From the NCBI GenBank assembly GCA_965223075.1, contig OZ244986.1, forward strand, positions 1,859,591-1,923,590: 64,000 nucleotides of DNA, in the 5' to 3' direction. The notes below the pieces were generated by a model, which was not told the DNA's origin, did no database searches, and saw nothing but the letters and a program-made list of their open reading frames with translations. Both the position numbers and the translations under genes were made by a program. This DNA comes from Candidatus Marinacidobacterium sp. Lineage in GTDB: Bacteria > Acidobacteriota > Vicinamibacteria > Marinacidobacterales > Marinacidobacteraceae. Shown here one piece after another: positions 27,628-38,108 of the stretch (the stretch's first letter is position 1; every line of letters begins with the position of its first letter).

Positions 27628-28275
27628 TTAGAGGGAAACGTGCGACTCGGAGGCGAGCGTCAGCAGGACGCCGTAGCCGCGGCAGCGTGGGTCCTGGACG
27701 TAGTCGGGGATCAGACCCCCCGGGCGAAACCCGATCCGCATCTGCGCGGAGACCGTAGGGTCCTTGAGGACCCCCGCCACCAGGCGCTCGTAGTACTCCT
27801 CGGCGCTCATCCGGTCTGCGACCGCCCCATATCCGTTCAGCATGCCGACGGTGAGCTGGCCGCGCAAGCCAAGTTGAACGGCGGCGAAGTGCCGGGCCGC
27901 GTAGAGCGCCCGAGCGATACCTCGCCTCCTCCAGGCCGGGTGGACCCCCAGATCGGCCCCGTAGAGCCACTCGCCGGCCGGATCGTGGGCGGTGAGGAAG
28001 AGTCCTCCCAGGAAGTCAGGAAACCGATGTTGCGGATTCCGTAGATCGAGGTTCAGCCGGAGGGTCGTGGTCGCCGCAATCGGGGTCTCCGGCCGCCCGC
28101 TGTCGAGGGCCACGAACTGACCCTCAGGGAAGATTTCGACGTGCCGGCGGTAGTGATCCGCACCGAAGCGTTCCGACGGGTCCAGAGTCGGAAAGACGAT
28201 GCGCTGGAGTTCGGCTAGCGCCTCCGCGTGTTGAGGGGCGGTGGGCGCGATTCGCCAGCGAGTCGCAGACGCCAT
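27628..28275 (-). CDS. GNAT-family N-acetyltransferase
   Basis: Acetyl-CoA binding motif (HPAWRRRGIARALY) in a ~215-aa protein. Confidence 0.7.
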   Translation of the reverse strand: MASATRWRIAPTAPQHAEALAELQRIVFPTLDPSERFGADHYRRHVEIFPEGQFVALDSGRPETPIAATTTLRLNLDLRNPQHRFPDFLGGLFLTAHDPAGEWLYGADLGVHPAWRRRGIARALYAARHFAAVQLGLRGQLTVGMLNGYGAVADRMSAEEYYERLVAGVLKDPTVSAQMRIGFRPGGLIPDYVQDPRCRGYGVLLTLASESHVSL

Positions 28276-28289
28276 TCGATCCGCGACCG

Positions 28290-29792
28290 CTACGCGGACG
28301 CCGGGCGGCGGAGACCAAGGGTCCCGATACGACCCTGTTCCTCAATCGGCCGCCCCGAGGCATCCGTAAGCACCCGCGGGGGATGGCTCTTCGCGGTCAG
28401 CAGGGACACGCCCACCGTGACCAGCAGGGAAACCGGAGTGGCGATGAGCGCGTTCGGCAGCTCCGTCACGTTTCCGGGGGAGACCGCGCCCGCGACCAGT
28501 TCGGCCCCCACGAGCCCCAGCCAGACCACCAATCCGCTGGCGATCCCAGCCACCGCTCCCGGGCCGTTCGTCCGTTTCCAGTACATCCCCAGGGTGAGCG
28601 GGCCGAACAGGCCGACCATCATGACGGTCCACGATTCGACCATCAGCGAATAGACGCTCTGGAACCAGAGGGCGACCGCGAGCGCCAGGCCGCAGAAGAT
28701 CACAACCCCGACGCGGACGGCAACGAGCACCTCCTTGGGCTTCAGGTCGGGCGCCAGGTTCCGCACGATGTTCTGGCCGAAGACACTCGCCGGGGCGAGC
28801 AGCCCGCTGTCCGCCGAACTCATGAGCGCCGAAAAGAGCGCGCCCAGGAAGAGAGCGAGGCCTGCGGGGGGCAGATACTCCATCGCGAGGCGCGGGACGA
28901 TTTCTTCGGGGTTCTGGAGTCCCGGCATCAGTACCGAACCGATCATCCCGAGGGCCACCGGGATGAGGCCGACCACCAGGTAGAGCGAACCCCCGAAGTA
29001 GGCGGCCCACTGCGCCACCCGTTCGCTCTTCGAGCTGAGCGCCCGCTGCATGAGATCCTGGCCGGGAAGGTTGCCGAGCCCGATCAGCAGCCAGGCCTGC
29101 ACGAAGAAGAGCCATTCCAGCAGGCCGCCGGTGGGCAGGAAGCGCGTGCGCCCCTCCGGCAAGCGGTCGAGCACGGCGGAAATGCCGCCGGCTTCTCCAA
29201 GCACGATGGGCAACAGGAGACAAATCGCCGCGATCAGGACCAGCGCCTGGAAGAAATCGGTGAGCGTCACCCCCCACATCCCGCCAAGCACCGTGTAGAT
29301 GAGCACGATGGCGGCGGCGATGACGATGCTGGCCACGAAGGGAAGGCCCGCCATGGCTGAGAGCACGGTGCCGACCGCCAGGAGCTGTGAACCCACCCAG
29401 CCGATGTAGGCCGGGAGAATGGAGAGCGCCGACAGGATCTCTGCCGGCCTGCCGAACCGGCGGCGGAAGAAATCGGGGACGGTGAGGAGGCGCATGCGCC
29501 TCAGGAGCCGCACGTAGAACGCGCCGGCGAGGAGCAGGCAGAGTGCAGCGCCAAAGGGATCGGCTACCACCGCGTTCAAGCCGCCCGCGTAGGCGGCCCC
29601 GGCCGCTCCGATCAGCGTTCCGCCCCCGAACCAGGTTGCAAAGAGGGTGAACGTGCAGAGTCCGAGGCCGAGTCGACGGCCGGCAACCACGAAGTCGGTG
29701 GCGTTCTTGATCCGGGTGGAGGCGACGGCGCCCAGGAACAGGAGTCCCAGCAGGTAGACGGCGACCGTAACGATCACGAACGTCTGGGTCAT
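28290..29792 (-). CDS. sodium:solute symporter (SSS family)
   Basis: ~13 TM protein with SSS N-terminal signature (NATDFVVAGRRLG, TWFGGGTLIG). Confidence 0.8.
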   Translation of the reverse strand: MTQTFVIVTVAVYLLGLLFLGAVASTRIKNATDFVVAGRRLGLGLCTFTLFATWFGGGTLIGAAGAAYAGGLNAVVADPFGAALCLLLAGAFYVRLLRRMRLLTVPDFFRRRFGRPAEILSALSILPAYIGWVGSQLLAVGTVLSAMAGLPFVASIVIAAAIVLIYTVLGGMWGVTLTDFFQALVLIAAICLLLPIVLGEAGGISAVLDRLPEGRTRFLPTGGLLEWLFFVQAWLLIGLGNLPGQDLMQRALSSKSERVAQWAAYFGGSLYLVVGLIPVALGMIGSVLMPGLQNPEEIVPRLAMEYLPPAGLALFLGALFSALMSSADSGLLAPASVFGQNIVRNLAPDLKPKEVLVAVRVGVVIFCGLALAVALWFQSVYSLMVESWTVMMVGLFGPLTLGMYWKRTNGPGAVAGIASGLVVWLGLVGAELVAGAVSPGNVTELPNALIATPVSLLVTVGVSLLTAKSHPPRVLTDASGRPIEEQGRIGTLGLRRPASA

Positions 29793-29863
29793 CGTCCGAC
29801 CACCGTTTGCGGGCTACTGCCCGCTCGGGGTTGCTGGGCCGTAGCCGTCATCACGGCGCCTCT

Positions 29864-30886
29864 CTAACGATCGATGCGCCGCCGGTACGCTTCGGTTTCG
29901 TAGACCTCCGGGTTCACGCAGTTCGGCGCGCGCGTTCGGTTCAGATGGGCGACCGCGTTCTCGGCGCACATGGTCGCCATCCGGTCCCGGGTAGCCACGC
30001 TGCCGCTGGCGATGTGCGGAAGCATCACCACCTGGTCGCACTCGGCGAGTCCCGGGTGAAAGGCCGGCTCGTGCTCGAACACGTCGAGGCCGGCCCCGCC
30101 GATCTGCCCCGACTTGAGGGCGTCCACGAGCTCCGCTTCATGCACCACGGGGCCCCGCGCGGTGTTGATCAGGATCGCGCTGTTCTTCATTCGCTCAAAG
30201 GCGGACGCGTTGAAGAGGCGGTGCGTCGAAGGATTGAGATCGGTGTGGATCGTGACGAAGTCGCTGCGAGCGAGAAGTTCGTCGAACTCCGCGTACTCCA
30301 CATCGGAGCGGGCCTCGATGATCGCCTTCATGGGCGGATCGAAGGCCAGCACGTCCATGTCGAACCCCTGCGCCCGCTTGTGCATCGCCTGGCCGATCCG
30401 CCCGAAGCCGACGACCCCGAGAACCTTCCGGCGCTCGTCGCCCCCGGGACTCACGTCGGCGCCCAGCATCAGCGAGGGCCCCCAGATCCGGTAGCGGCCC
30501 TGCCGCATGTAGGCGTCGGCCGGAACCACCCGCCGCGCCACCGCCATGAGCAGCGCCCAGGCGAGGTCGGCCGTCGTGTCGGTGAGGACGCCGGGGGTGT
30601 TGGTAATGGGTAGTCCGAGTTCGGTCGCCGCCGCCACGTCCACGTTGTTGAAGCCGACGGCGTAGTCCGCGACCCCGAGCAACTGCGGAGCCGATTCCAT
30701 GAGTTCCCGGTCCACCGCCTCCGTCAGCAGCGAAACGTGCACATCGGCGCTCTGGGCGCCGGCCAGCACCTGGTCCCGCGGGGTCGAATCACCGTCGGCA
30801 GTGGGCGCCACCTCGACCTCGGCCGCGGCGCGCAGGATGGCGAGACCGGCTTCCGGAATGGGGCGGGTAACGAAGATGCGGCTCAT
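29864..30886 (-). CDS. D-isomer-specific 2-hydroxyacid dehydrogenase (glyoxylate/hydroxypyruvate reductase-like)
   Basis: NAD-binding GVVGFGRIGQA, catalytic R/E/H arrangement (NTARG...HIASGS). Confidence 0.8.
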   Translation of the reverse strand: MSRIFVTRPIPEAGLAILRAAAEVEVAPTADGDSTPRDQVLAGAQSADVHVSLLTEAVDRELMESAPQLLGVADYAVGFNNVDVAAATELGLPITNTPGVLTDTTADLAWALLMAVARRVVPADAYMRQGRYRIWGPSLMLGADVSPGGDERRKVLGVVGFGRIGQAMHKRAQGFDMDVLAFDPPMKAIIEARSDVEYAEFDELLARSDFVTIHTDLNPSTHRLFNASAFERMKNSAILINTARGPVVHEAELVDALKSGQIGGAGLDVFEHEPAFHPGLAECDQVVMLPHIASGSVATRDRMATMCAENAVAHLNRTRAPNCVNPEVYETEAYRRRIDR

Positions 30887-32190
30887 GCGGCCAGGCCCAC
30901 GGCAATTTGATCGTCGAGGAAACGGGCGAACCCGTCGTGGTCGGCCGCGCCGGCGGCGATCCGGCGGATCCCCTCGCGAAGCGAATCCATGTCCGCCGCG
31001 TAGGACAGACGGAGAAAGTCCTGTCCCTCGCTGCCGATGACGCCAAAGCTGCGGCGGTCCACCAGGGCAACCCCGTGGTAGTAGAGGAGGAACCGGGAAA
31101 TCAGGGTGGCGGGACTGGTGCTCGCCTTCAGGGAATCCGGCAGCGACTGGAAGTACGCCGTGGCTCCCAGGGATTCGCAGACGCCCGTGATGTTCGGGAA
31201 CACGTAGAAGGCCCCGAGCGGATTCGCGCAGCGGATTCCCGGGATGGCGTTCAGCGCCGGCACCACGGTGTCGCGGCGCCGCTTGAACTCCCCCACCATG
31301 GAAGCCACCACCTCCCAGGTCTTGGGATTCTCGAGCGCCTCGCGGGCCGCCTGCTGAATGAAGGGAGGAACGCAGCTCACCGTGTTGATGTTGATCTGCT
31401 TGAACCGGAGCGCCTCTTCGGCGGTGGGAAGCACGGACCAGCCGAGCCGCCAGCCGGTCATCGCGTAACCCTTCGAGTGTCCGCTCGCAATGATCGTGTT
31501 GCCCTCCATTCCCGGCAGCGAAGCCATCGAGGTGTGTTCGAAACCGTCGAAGGTGATGTGCTCGTAGATCTCATCCGAATAGATGCGGATGTCCGGGCGG
31601 CAACGCTCTTTCACCAACCGGGCGACCTCGGTAAGAAGGCTCTTCGGAAGCACGCCCCCGGTGGGGTTCGACGGCGAGCAGAGCATCAGAACCTTCGTCT
31701 TCTCGGTGAGCAACCGATCGAGGTCCTCCACCGTGAAGGAAAAGCCCCTTTCCTCGCGCAGCACCAGCGGCTTCGGCACACCTCCGACGTAGGTGACCCA
31801 CGACTCGTAGATCGGGAATCCCGGGCTCGGATAGATGACCTCGTCGCCGGGGTCCACATAGGCCATCATCGTGTAGCCGATGGCCGGCTTTGCCCCCGGG
31901 AGGATGATGATCCGATCCGCGGTCACCTCGATGCCGCGCGTCCGGGACACGTAGCTGGCCAGCGCTTCCCGGAGCGGAGCGATCCCGGCGGGGTCGGTGT
32001 AGTGGGTGTCACCGGCGCGGATGGCGGCGATTCCCGCCTCGTTGATGTGCGGGGCGCTGTCAAAGTCGGGTTCACCGATGGTGAAGGGGATGACATCCAT
32101 GCCGCGGGCGCGGGCGCGGGCCATGTCTTCCCCGATCTTGAAAGCGTTCTCGGTACCCATCTGACCGAAACGCCGTGCAAAAAGAGGCAT
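30883..32190 (-). CDS. PLP-dependent aminotransferase (class I/II)
   Basis: Aminotransferase fold with lysine motif (SGHSKGYAMTGWRLGW); overlaps the dehydrogenase by 4 nt. Confidence 0.8.
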   Translation of the reverse strand: MPLFARRFGQMGTENAFKIGEDMARARARGMDVIPFTIGEPDFDSAPHINEAGIAAIRAGDTHYTDPAGIAPLREALASYVSRTRGIEVTADRIIILPGAKPAIGYTMMAYVDPGDEVIYPSPGFPIYESWVTYVGGVPKPLVLREERGFSFTVEDLDRLLTEKTKVLMLCSPSNPTGGVLPKSLLTEVARLVKERCRPDIRIYSDEIYEHITFDGFEHTSMASLPGMEGNTIIASGHSKGYAMTGWRLGWSVLPTAEEALRFKQININTVSCVPPFIQQAAREALENPKTWEVVASMVGEFKRRRDTVVPALNAIPGIRCANPLGAFYVFPNITGVCESLGATAYFQSLPDSLKASTSPATLISRFLLYYHGVALVDRRSFGVIGSEGQDFLRLSYAADMDSLREGIRRIAAGAADHDGFARFLDDQIAVGLAA

Positions 32191-32362
32191 ATATCAGGCT
32201 GGGCGCCGGGGAAATTGGCCCCTCCGTGGGGGAGGCCGGGCGCCGGATGGCGGATGATATATTGGCGGACTGGACTTCCGGGTGTGCGGGATGACGGTTG
32301 GTTGCAGGGGATTTGATCGGGGCGAACAGTCCCCGCCCGGCCCCGGAAGTGCGGATCGGTTC

Positions 32363-33832
32363 ATGCGAAGGACGCTGCAACTCGCCCGGTCGGCGGCGGG
32401 TAGGTCCCTGCCCTTCTGGTTCCTTTTGTGCAGCCTGGCTACCGGTTTCGGCCAGCCGTCCGAGCAAGTGGATGCACGGCAGACGGAAGCCGACCGGAAG
32501 GGGAAGATCGATCCGGCGGCCTACCCCTTCGAGATCGTCGAGGACGTAACCCAGGGGACCGAACCGGCGAGCGCCGACGTGACGGGCCAACTCGGCGTCT
32601 CGGACGAGGACTACATCCCCGAGGTCTTCCAGTACCGCCGGCGCGGCGCCCAACTGGCGCAGCGGGAGTTGAGCGGGGATCACCGTTCCACTGCACTGAC
32701 CGAGTTCCGGGTCATTGATCTGGAGGTGGATCCTGGGGACACCGTACGGGCGATCGCCAAGGTGGAACCGGCCTTCGAGAAAGGCCGGCGGTTCGTCGCG
32801 GAGTTCTGGAGTCAGGAATACGGCCGGGCCTCGGTCATCTACGTGAACTTCAAGCCGCACGAGAAGGACAAGAACCTCTATCTCGGACGCGGCAAGGTGG
32901 ACCGCCACCAGCCGGGAGGCCGCTACAACGTGGGCTCCACCATGATCACCGACGAGCACGGACACAAGAAGGCGTATTCCACCGAGTTCAACCCGGTCCT
33001 GCGGGCCGGGGACGGCAGCCCGGCCTTCTTCGTCGTCTCGGAGAATCCGGACGCGGATGTGACACCGCCCACGCTTCGCTCCGTCGAGGTCCTGACTCCC
33101 GAAGTGGGCGTCTCCGAAACCATCCGGGTGGAAGCCTTCGCCGAGGACGACCTTGCCGGTCCGACCCAGGCGCGGGCGGTGTTCGTGAGTCCCTCGGGAA
33201 AACGGGCCGTGCGAGCGGACCTGATCGGCGATGCCCGGCGTCCGGGCCGCTTCCTCGGGGCCTTCTCGATTCCCGAGTGGTACGAAGGCGGTCTCTGGCG
33301 AGTCCAGAAAGTGGAGCTCTACGACGCGGCGCGGAACAGCGCGTTGATCTTCGCCGCCACCTCTCTGGTGCTCGGAGACGCAAGCGTTTTCGTCACGGAG
33401 AACCCGGAAAAGCGCGACGACGAAGCCCCGGTCCTGCTCGCCGTCGAGCTGCCGCAGCGGGAGGCGCTCGCCAGCGAGTCCATTCCCGTCGCGGCCCTCG
33501 TCGAAGACAACCTCAGTGGCGTGGACAAGGTGTATGTCTCATTTCAGAGTCCGAGCGGCGCCGATCTGGTCCGGGTCGAACTTGAAAGCAAGAATCCGCC
33601 GCTGAACCGGCCCTCGCTGGTGCCGCAACCGAACGTCTTTCGGGGCGTGTTGAAGATTGAAGAGTGGCGGGAACGCGGCACCTATACGGTGTCCCGGGTG
33701 AACATTTCCGACCGGGCCCGGAACTACCTGAATCTCAACCCCGTGCGCGACGAGGAGATTCGCGGCCTGGAGGTCGTGTTCCTCCCGGAGGAAAAGGAAG
33801 AAGGGACCGCAACGGAGAAGCCTGAACAGTGA
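32363..33832 (+). CDS. hypothetical secreted protein with three ~120-aa repeated domains
   Basis: Signal peptide (FWFLLCSLATGFGQ); internal repeats (ENPDADVTPPTLRSVEVL... / ENPEKRDDEAPVLLAVEL...). Confidence 0.5.
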   Translation: MRRTLQLARSAAGRSLPFWFLLCSLATGFGQPSEQVDARQTEADRKGKIDPAAYPFEIVEDVTQGTEPASADVTGQLGVSDEDYIPEVFQYRRRGAQLAQRELSGDHRSTALTEFRVIDLEVDPGDTVRAIAKVEPAFEKGRRFVAEFWSQEYGRASVIYVNFKPHEKDKNLYLGRGKVDRHQPGGRYNVGSTMITDEHGHKKAYSTEFNPVLRAGDGSPAFFVVSENPDADVTPPTLRSVEVLTPEVGVSETIRVEAFAEDDLAGPTQARAVFVSPSGKRAVRADLIGDARRPGRFLGAFSIPEWYEGGLWRVQKVELYDAARNSALIFAATSLVLGDASVFVTENPEKRDDEAPVLLAVELPQREALASESIPVAALVEDNLSGVDKVYVSFQSPSGADLVRVELESKNPPLNRPSLVPQPNVFRGVLKIEEWRERGTYTVSRVNISDRARNYLNLNPVRDEEIRGLEVVFLPEEKEEGTATEKPEQ

Positions 33833-35052
33833 GCATGAATCGCCGTCACTTTCTCGGCGCCGCCGGCGCCGCGGCCCTCAGTCTGGGTGGCAGCGCGAAC
33901 CGGCTGCTGGCCGCCACCCCCGAGCGCGCCTCCATCGTTCCCGACCAGAGCCTGAAAACGAAACACCTGGTTGTCATCCTCTACGGCAACGGCTGCCGGA
34001 AGAAGGACACCGTCGAGGACCCTGCGCACGCGCCGCACATGGCCAGGATGATGGACGCCGGGAGCGTGTTCACCGAGGACTTCGGCGAGACCGCGAACCT
34101 CCACGGCTACATGTACACCGAGATGCTGACCGGCCGGGAAACCGTTTCGGAGCATCCGCTCTACCCGACCTGGACCGAGACCGTCCGGAAGGAACTCGGC
34201 GGCTCGGTGAACGACTACTGGATGTTGCAGGGAGTGAGCTACTACCGGTCGTGGGTCTTCGACCGGAAGCACTGGAGCGCTCACCCGGACGGGGGACTGG
34301 AGTTCGGGGCGAATTCGCTGACCATGAACAAGCTGTTCCACGATGACCAGGAGCAGTCGGCGGCGGCGCTGGTCAGGGCCAACATCGAACCGGGACTCGG
34401 CCACACCCGGCAGACCCGGAAGGATCTCGAGGACTGGCTCGCCGACGCCGTTTCCCGGCGGACCGACGTTCCGGCGTCAACGAAGACTTCGCTCGTGGAC
34501 CGGGAAGTGCCGCTCGGCGACGGACAGTGCTTCGAAATCGCCAGGCACCTGCTCCGGGATTTCCGGCCGAAGCTGATCACCATCCAGATGCTCGCTCTCG
34601 ACGACGCCCACGCCGACGCGGGTTTTTGGGACTACGACACCGACTACGAGCAGTACCGGCGGCACATCGCGGCCACCGACGAGCTCATCGGCAACCTCTA
34701 CGACTTCATCCACAACGACCCGTACCTGCGTGACACCACCTCGATCCTGCTTCGACCCGAATGCGGACGCGACGATGAGGTCAACGTGTACGGACAGCTC
34801 CATCATTCGCAAGGGAACTACTACGCCCATAACGTCTGGACGCTCGGGGTCGGCCCCGACTTCCGGAAGGGTGCGGTGTTTCCCGAGCAGGTGATGCGGC
34901 GCGATCTTTGCCCCACCGTCATCTATTCGCTCACCGGGAGAGACATCGCGTCCCATGTCACGGGCTCTGTTCGTACCCAGATGTTCCACGAGGAATACCG
35001 CCTGCCGGCGTACGTCCTCCGCGACCGCTTCGGCAATCCGATCAAGACCTGA
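33829..35052 (+). CDS. Tat-signal protein, possibly alkaline-phosphatase-superfamily/DUF1501-like
   Basis: Twin-arginine motif NRRHFLGAAGAAAL; overlaps the upstream gene by 4 nt; weak phosphatase-like features (LVVILYGNG, DEVNVYGQLHHSQGNY). Confidence 0.5.
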   Translation: MSMNRRHFLGAAGAAALSLGGSANRLLAATPERASIVPDQSLKTKHLVVILYGNGCRKKDTVEDPAHAPHMARMMDAGSVFTEDFGETANLHGYMYTEMLTGRETVSEHPLYPTWTETVRKELGGSVNDYWMLQGVSYYRSWVFDRKHWSAHPDGGLEFGANSLTMNKLFHDDQEQSAAALVRANIEPGLGHTRQTRKDLEDWLADAVSRRTDVPASTKTSLVDREVPLGDGQCFEIARHLLRDFRPKLITIQMLALDDAHADAGFWDYDTDYEQYRRHIAATDELIGNLYDFIHNDPYLRDTTSILLRPECGRDDEVNVYGQLHHSQGNYYAHNVWTLGVGPDFRKGAVFPEQVMRRDLCPTVIYSLTGRDIASHVTGSVRTQMFHEEYRLPAYVLRDRFGNPIKT

Positions 35053-35620
35053 GTCGTCCCTCGCGATTCGGGCCGCAGCCGCCTTCGGGCTGCTCATCGC
35101 GGGGAGCGGGCACACCGCCCACTCGCAGCCCGCCCAGGAGGCCCAGCCGTCGCTGACGGAGGCGGCGCGGCGCCACCGCGCTCGCCTTCAGGCGAGTCGG
35201 GAGCGTCATGGCAAGGCGCCCCGATTCACCGACGCCGAACTCGCCGGCGTGTCCTCGCCGAGACCGGACCACCCGACCCCTCCGCTTGAGACTGAGGCGC
35301 TCCGCGACCCCGCCGTCACCAGCGAGGACCTTCCCCTTGGGGAAGCCGGCGAGGACACCGTAGAAGCGGGTGACGACGAGGTTCGCGCCAACATGGAGGC
35401 CCGGCTGGGCGAAATTGCCGAGCGGGAAAACGAAATCCGGAAACGCCTGTTGGATATCGAGGCGTCTCTCGCCGCCGTCGGAGCCAGCGGCCTCCCCTAC
35501 GCGCCTCGCAACCCGACTCGCTTCCAAAGCGCGCTCGACACGACCCGGCTCCGCGCCGAACAGGAAACCCTCCAGCAGGAACTCGAAGCCCTCGCCACCG
35601 AACGGCGAATCCTTCGGTAA
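34955..35620 (+). CDS. hypothetical secreted coiled-coil protein (start uncertain; ATT at 35066 would give a clean signal peptide)
   Basis: Signal-like (I)RAAAAFGLLIAGSGHTAHS then an acidic coiled-coil region; the only ATG/GTG/TTG start lies ~100 nt inside the upstream gene. Confidence 0.3.
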   Translation: MSRALFVPRCSTRNTACRRTSSATASAIRSRPESSLAIRAAAAFGLLIAGSGHTAHSQPAQEAQPSLTEAARRHRARLQASRERHGKAPRFTDAELAGVSSPRPDHPTPPLETEALRDPAVTSEDLPLGEAGEDTVEAGDDEVRANMEARLGEIAERENEIRKRLLDIEASLAAVGASGLPYAPRNPTRFQSALDTTRLRAEQETLQQELEALATERRILR

Positions 35621-35629
35621 GGCTCGCTC

Positions 35630-36070
35630 CTCACCCGGACGGCGCAGGCCCGGGAACGCCGGTGTTCACACTGGCACCGCGGCCCGCAGGGCCGCGAAAC
35701 TGCGGCTCGCCCACCGAGAAGAAGCGCGGGAACGGCTTGGAACGCCGACCTCCGGTCGGCACAGCGGCCCGCAGGGCCGCGGGCGATTCATTGCCGTCCG
35801 CCTTCACGGGGCGCAGGCACGGGGCCCGCAGCGTCGCGAACGCTGCCTGCCACGCCAATGTACGGATCACACCGAACGCTGGGATTCCCGCCGAGAAGGG
35901 ACCACCTCGGAACCAGGGGTCCTTCCCGCCGCCCGCCTTTGGCGGGCTGTGCCGACCAGAGGTCGGCGTTCCAAGCCGTCCCCGCGCTCTTGCGCAATCA
36001 GCATTGCGCCGCTCGCCCCGCTTCGCGGGGCTGTGCCAGACCTCAACGGACCGGGGAGCGCTGACCGTCC
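35630..36070. repeat. cluster of REP/BIME-like palindromic repeats
   Basis: GGGAACGCCGGTGTTCACAC(C/T)GGCACCGCGGCCCGCAGGGCCGCG; GTGCCGACC(A/G)GAGGTCGGCGTTCCAAGCC in both orientations (35735 reversed, 35950 forward); GCGGCCCGCAGGGCCGC hairpin twice. Confidence 0.5.
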
Positions 36071-36074
36071 CTCC

Positions 36075-36566
36075 CTACGCGCCCACCTCGAACTCCACCC
36101 CGAACCGTTCCGCGTAGTCCACGAACTGGCTCGGGTTCGGGTCCACGTTCAGGATCACGAAGCTCGCGCCCGGCGGCCTCAGCAGGTAGCGGTCGAGCGA
36201 ATGCCAGGTGCCGGTCTTGTAGGCGTACCCCTTGCCCGGATCAATCAGGAAGGCGCGCACGTCCTCGGGTCGCGGAATCGCTTCGGGATCCTCGAGATCG
36301 GTCGGCGCCGCCACTGCGACGACCGCCGGAGAGCCCTCGAGCGGGATGAACGCCTGCGTCACCGCGAAGTGGCGCTCGAGGAGCCGGAAGCGCCGTCCCT
36401 CAAACGGCTGCCAGATGACATCCACCGTCGTCCGGCCGTCGATCTGGAAGTCGATCGGGAAGAACCGCCGCCCGTCCGCGGGTCGTTCCCGCGCTTCCAT
36501 GACCTCGCCGTAGGGGGCGAAGGACTCGGCGGTCATCCGCGCGATGGGGAGTTTGACGATTTGCAT
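36075..36566 (-). CDS. ureidoglycolate lyase (AllA) family cupin protein
   Basis: MQIVKLPIARMTAESFAPYGEVM... and FAVTQAFIPLEGSPAVVAVA resemble AllA; start moved to MQIV. Confidence 0.6.
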   Translation of the reverse strand: MQIVKLPIARMTAESFAPYGEVMEARERPADGRRFFPIDFQIDGRTTVDVIWQPFEGRRFRLLERHFAVTQAFIPLEGSPAVVAVAAPTDLEDPEAIPRPEDVRAFLIDPGKGYAYKTGTWHSLDRYLLRPPGASFVILNVDPNPSQFVDYAERFGVEFEVGA

Positions 36567-36588
36567 GAGTGTTCTCCAGATCGCCTCC

Positions 36589-37995
36589 CTAGAACGGGCC
36601 GAGCTCGATGTATTGGGCAACCACAAGCCCGCCGGTCGCGACCAGCAGAATGATTCCAAAGAGCGGCAGGTAGTAGCGAATCCACCGCAGGAGTCCGACG
36701 CGCGCCATGACGAGCGTCGCCATGAAGTACCCGGATGTCGGAAAGATCACGTTCGTGATGCCATCGCCCCACTGCGTCGCGAGCACCACCACCTGACGGG
36801 TAACCCCCGCAAGGTCCGCCACCGGCACCAGGATCGGCAAGGTGATGAGCGCCTGTCCGCTTCCCGAGGGGACGAGGAAATTGAAGGCGGTCTGGCCGAA
36901 CAGAACGCCGACGGCGGTGAGCGCGGGTGGCAGCGAGGAGACGAGCAGGGCGGCTCCATAGACCACGGTGTCCATGACCATCCCTTCGGTCATCACCACC
37001 GAGACTCCCCGGGCTACGCCGCACACCAATGCGCCGACCAGAATCTCCCGGAACGAATCGTTGAAGTCGGAACAGATCTGGTTCGGTCCACGGCCCGCCA
37101 ACAGCGAGACGACAACCGCCATGGCGACGAAGGCGCCCCCGATCTCCTCGAACCCGAGGCGCAAAACGAGAACCGAAACGACAAACACCGCGAACAGGCC
37201 GAGCGCCACGATGCCTGCCGCCTTCTGGCGCCCGCTGAACGAAACGGAGGCGGTTGTGTCAGATACGGCGGGAGCTGTTGGCCGAGGTTCCTCGGTGTCG
37301 TTTCGCCGGGCAATCTCGCGCCGCGCCCGCCGCACCACGAAGATCGCCGCCGCCGTCTGGATGATCAGGAAGAAGACGAAGCGGTAGGAAGCCCCCGAAA
37401 ACATCGGCAGGCCGGCCAGCATGTGCCCGATCCCCACCGTCGCCGGCACCGTCACGCCGAAGGCTGCGCCGAGCGTCGTCGGAAGCAGCGCCACCGCGGT
37501 TCCGGTGACCGGCCCGCACCCCAGACGAACGAGCAGGGGCTGCACGATCGGCAGGTAGGCGATGGAGAGCTCCGGCATCCCCACCACCCCCGACACCGCG
37601 GAAAAGGCGAACATGAGCGCCGGGATCAGGAGTTCGACGCGCCGCCCGGTGGCCGCGGTCAACCGGTCGACGCCGAGGTCCAGGATCCCGGCCCGCCGCA
37701 TCACCCCGACCGAACCGGCGACGAGAAAGACCAAGAAGACCACGCTTGCCGCATCGGCAAGCCCATCGGGGATCGCGGTTATGACGTCCATGAACCCCGC
37801 CGGCGACCGTTCGACCACCTGGTAGGACCCGGGCACTACCGCCTCGCGGCCGTCGGGAAGGACGGTTCGCTCGTAGCGGCCGGCCGGGATGATCCAGGTG
37901 AGAAGCGCCGCAACCGCGATCAGCGCGGAGAGGACGATGTAGATGTCGAGCCCGCGATGTTCCCCGACTGGACGTTCCGTCACCCGGGCTCCCAT
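36589..37995 (-). CDS. YfcC/DcuC-like family membrane transporter
   Basis: ~12 TM protein with YfcC-type N-terminus (DIYIVLSALIAVAALLTWIIPAG). Confidence 0.65.
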   Translation of the reverse strand: MGARVTERPVGEHRGLDIYIVLSALIAVAALLTWIIPAGRYERTVLPDGREAVVPGSYQVVERSPAGFMDVITAIPDGLADAASVVFLVFLVAGSVGVMRRAGILDLGVDRLTAATGRRVELLIPALMFAFSAVSGVVGMPELSIAYLPIVQPLLVRLGCGPVTGTAVALLPTTLGAAFGVTVPATVGIGHMLAGLPMFSGASYRFVFFLIIQTAAAIFVVRRARREIARRNDTEEPRPTAPAVSDTTASVSFSGRQKAAGIVALGLFAVFVVSVLVLRLGFEEIGGAFVAMAVVVSLLAGRGPNQICSDFNDSFREILVGALVCGVARGVSVVMTEGMVMDTVVYGAALLVSSLPPALTAVGVLFGQTAFNFLVPSGSGQALITLPILVPVADLAGVTRQVVVLATQWGDGITNVIFPTSGYFMATLVMARVGLLRWIRYYLPLFGIILLVATGGLVVAQYIELGPF

Positions 37996-38108
37996 CGCAC
38001 AAGGGTACGGCGAACTCTCTCCCTCGCTGCTACCCCGTCCCCCAAAACACCGCGGCGGCCGCGTCCGCCGGAGTTACTCCTCCTCCGACGAGGCCGCGCC
38101 CCGCCCGA

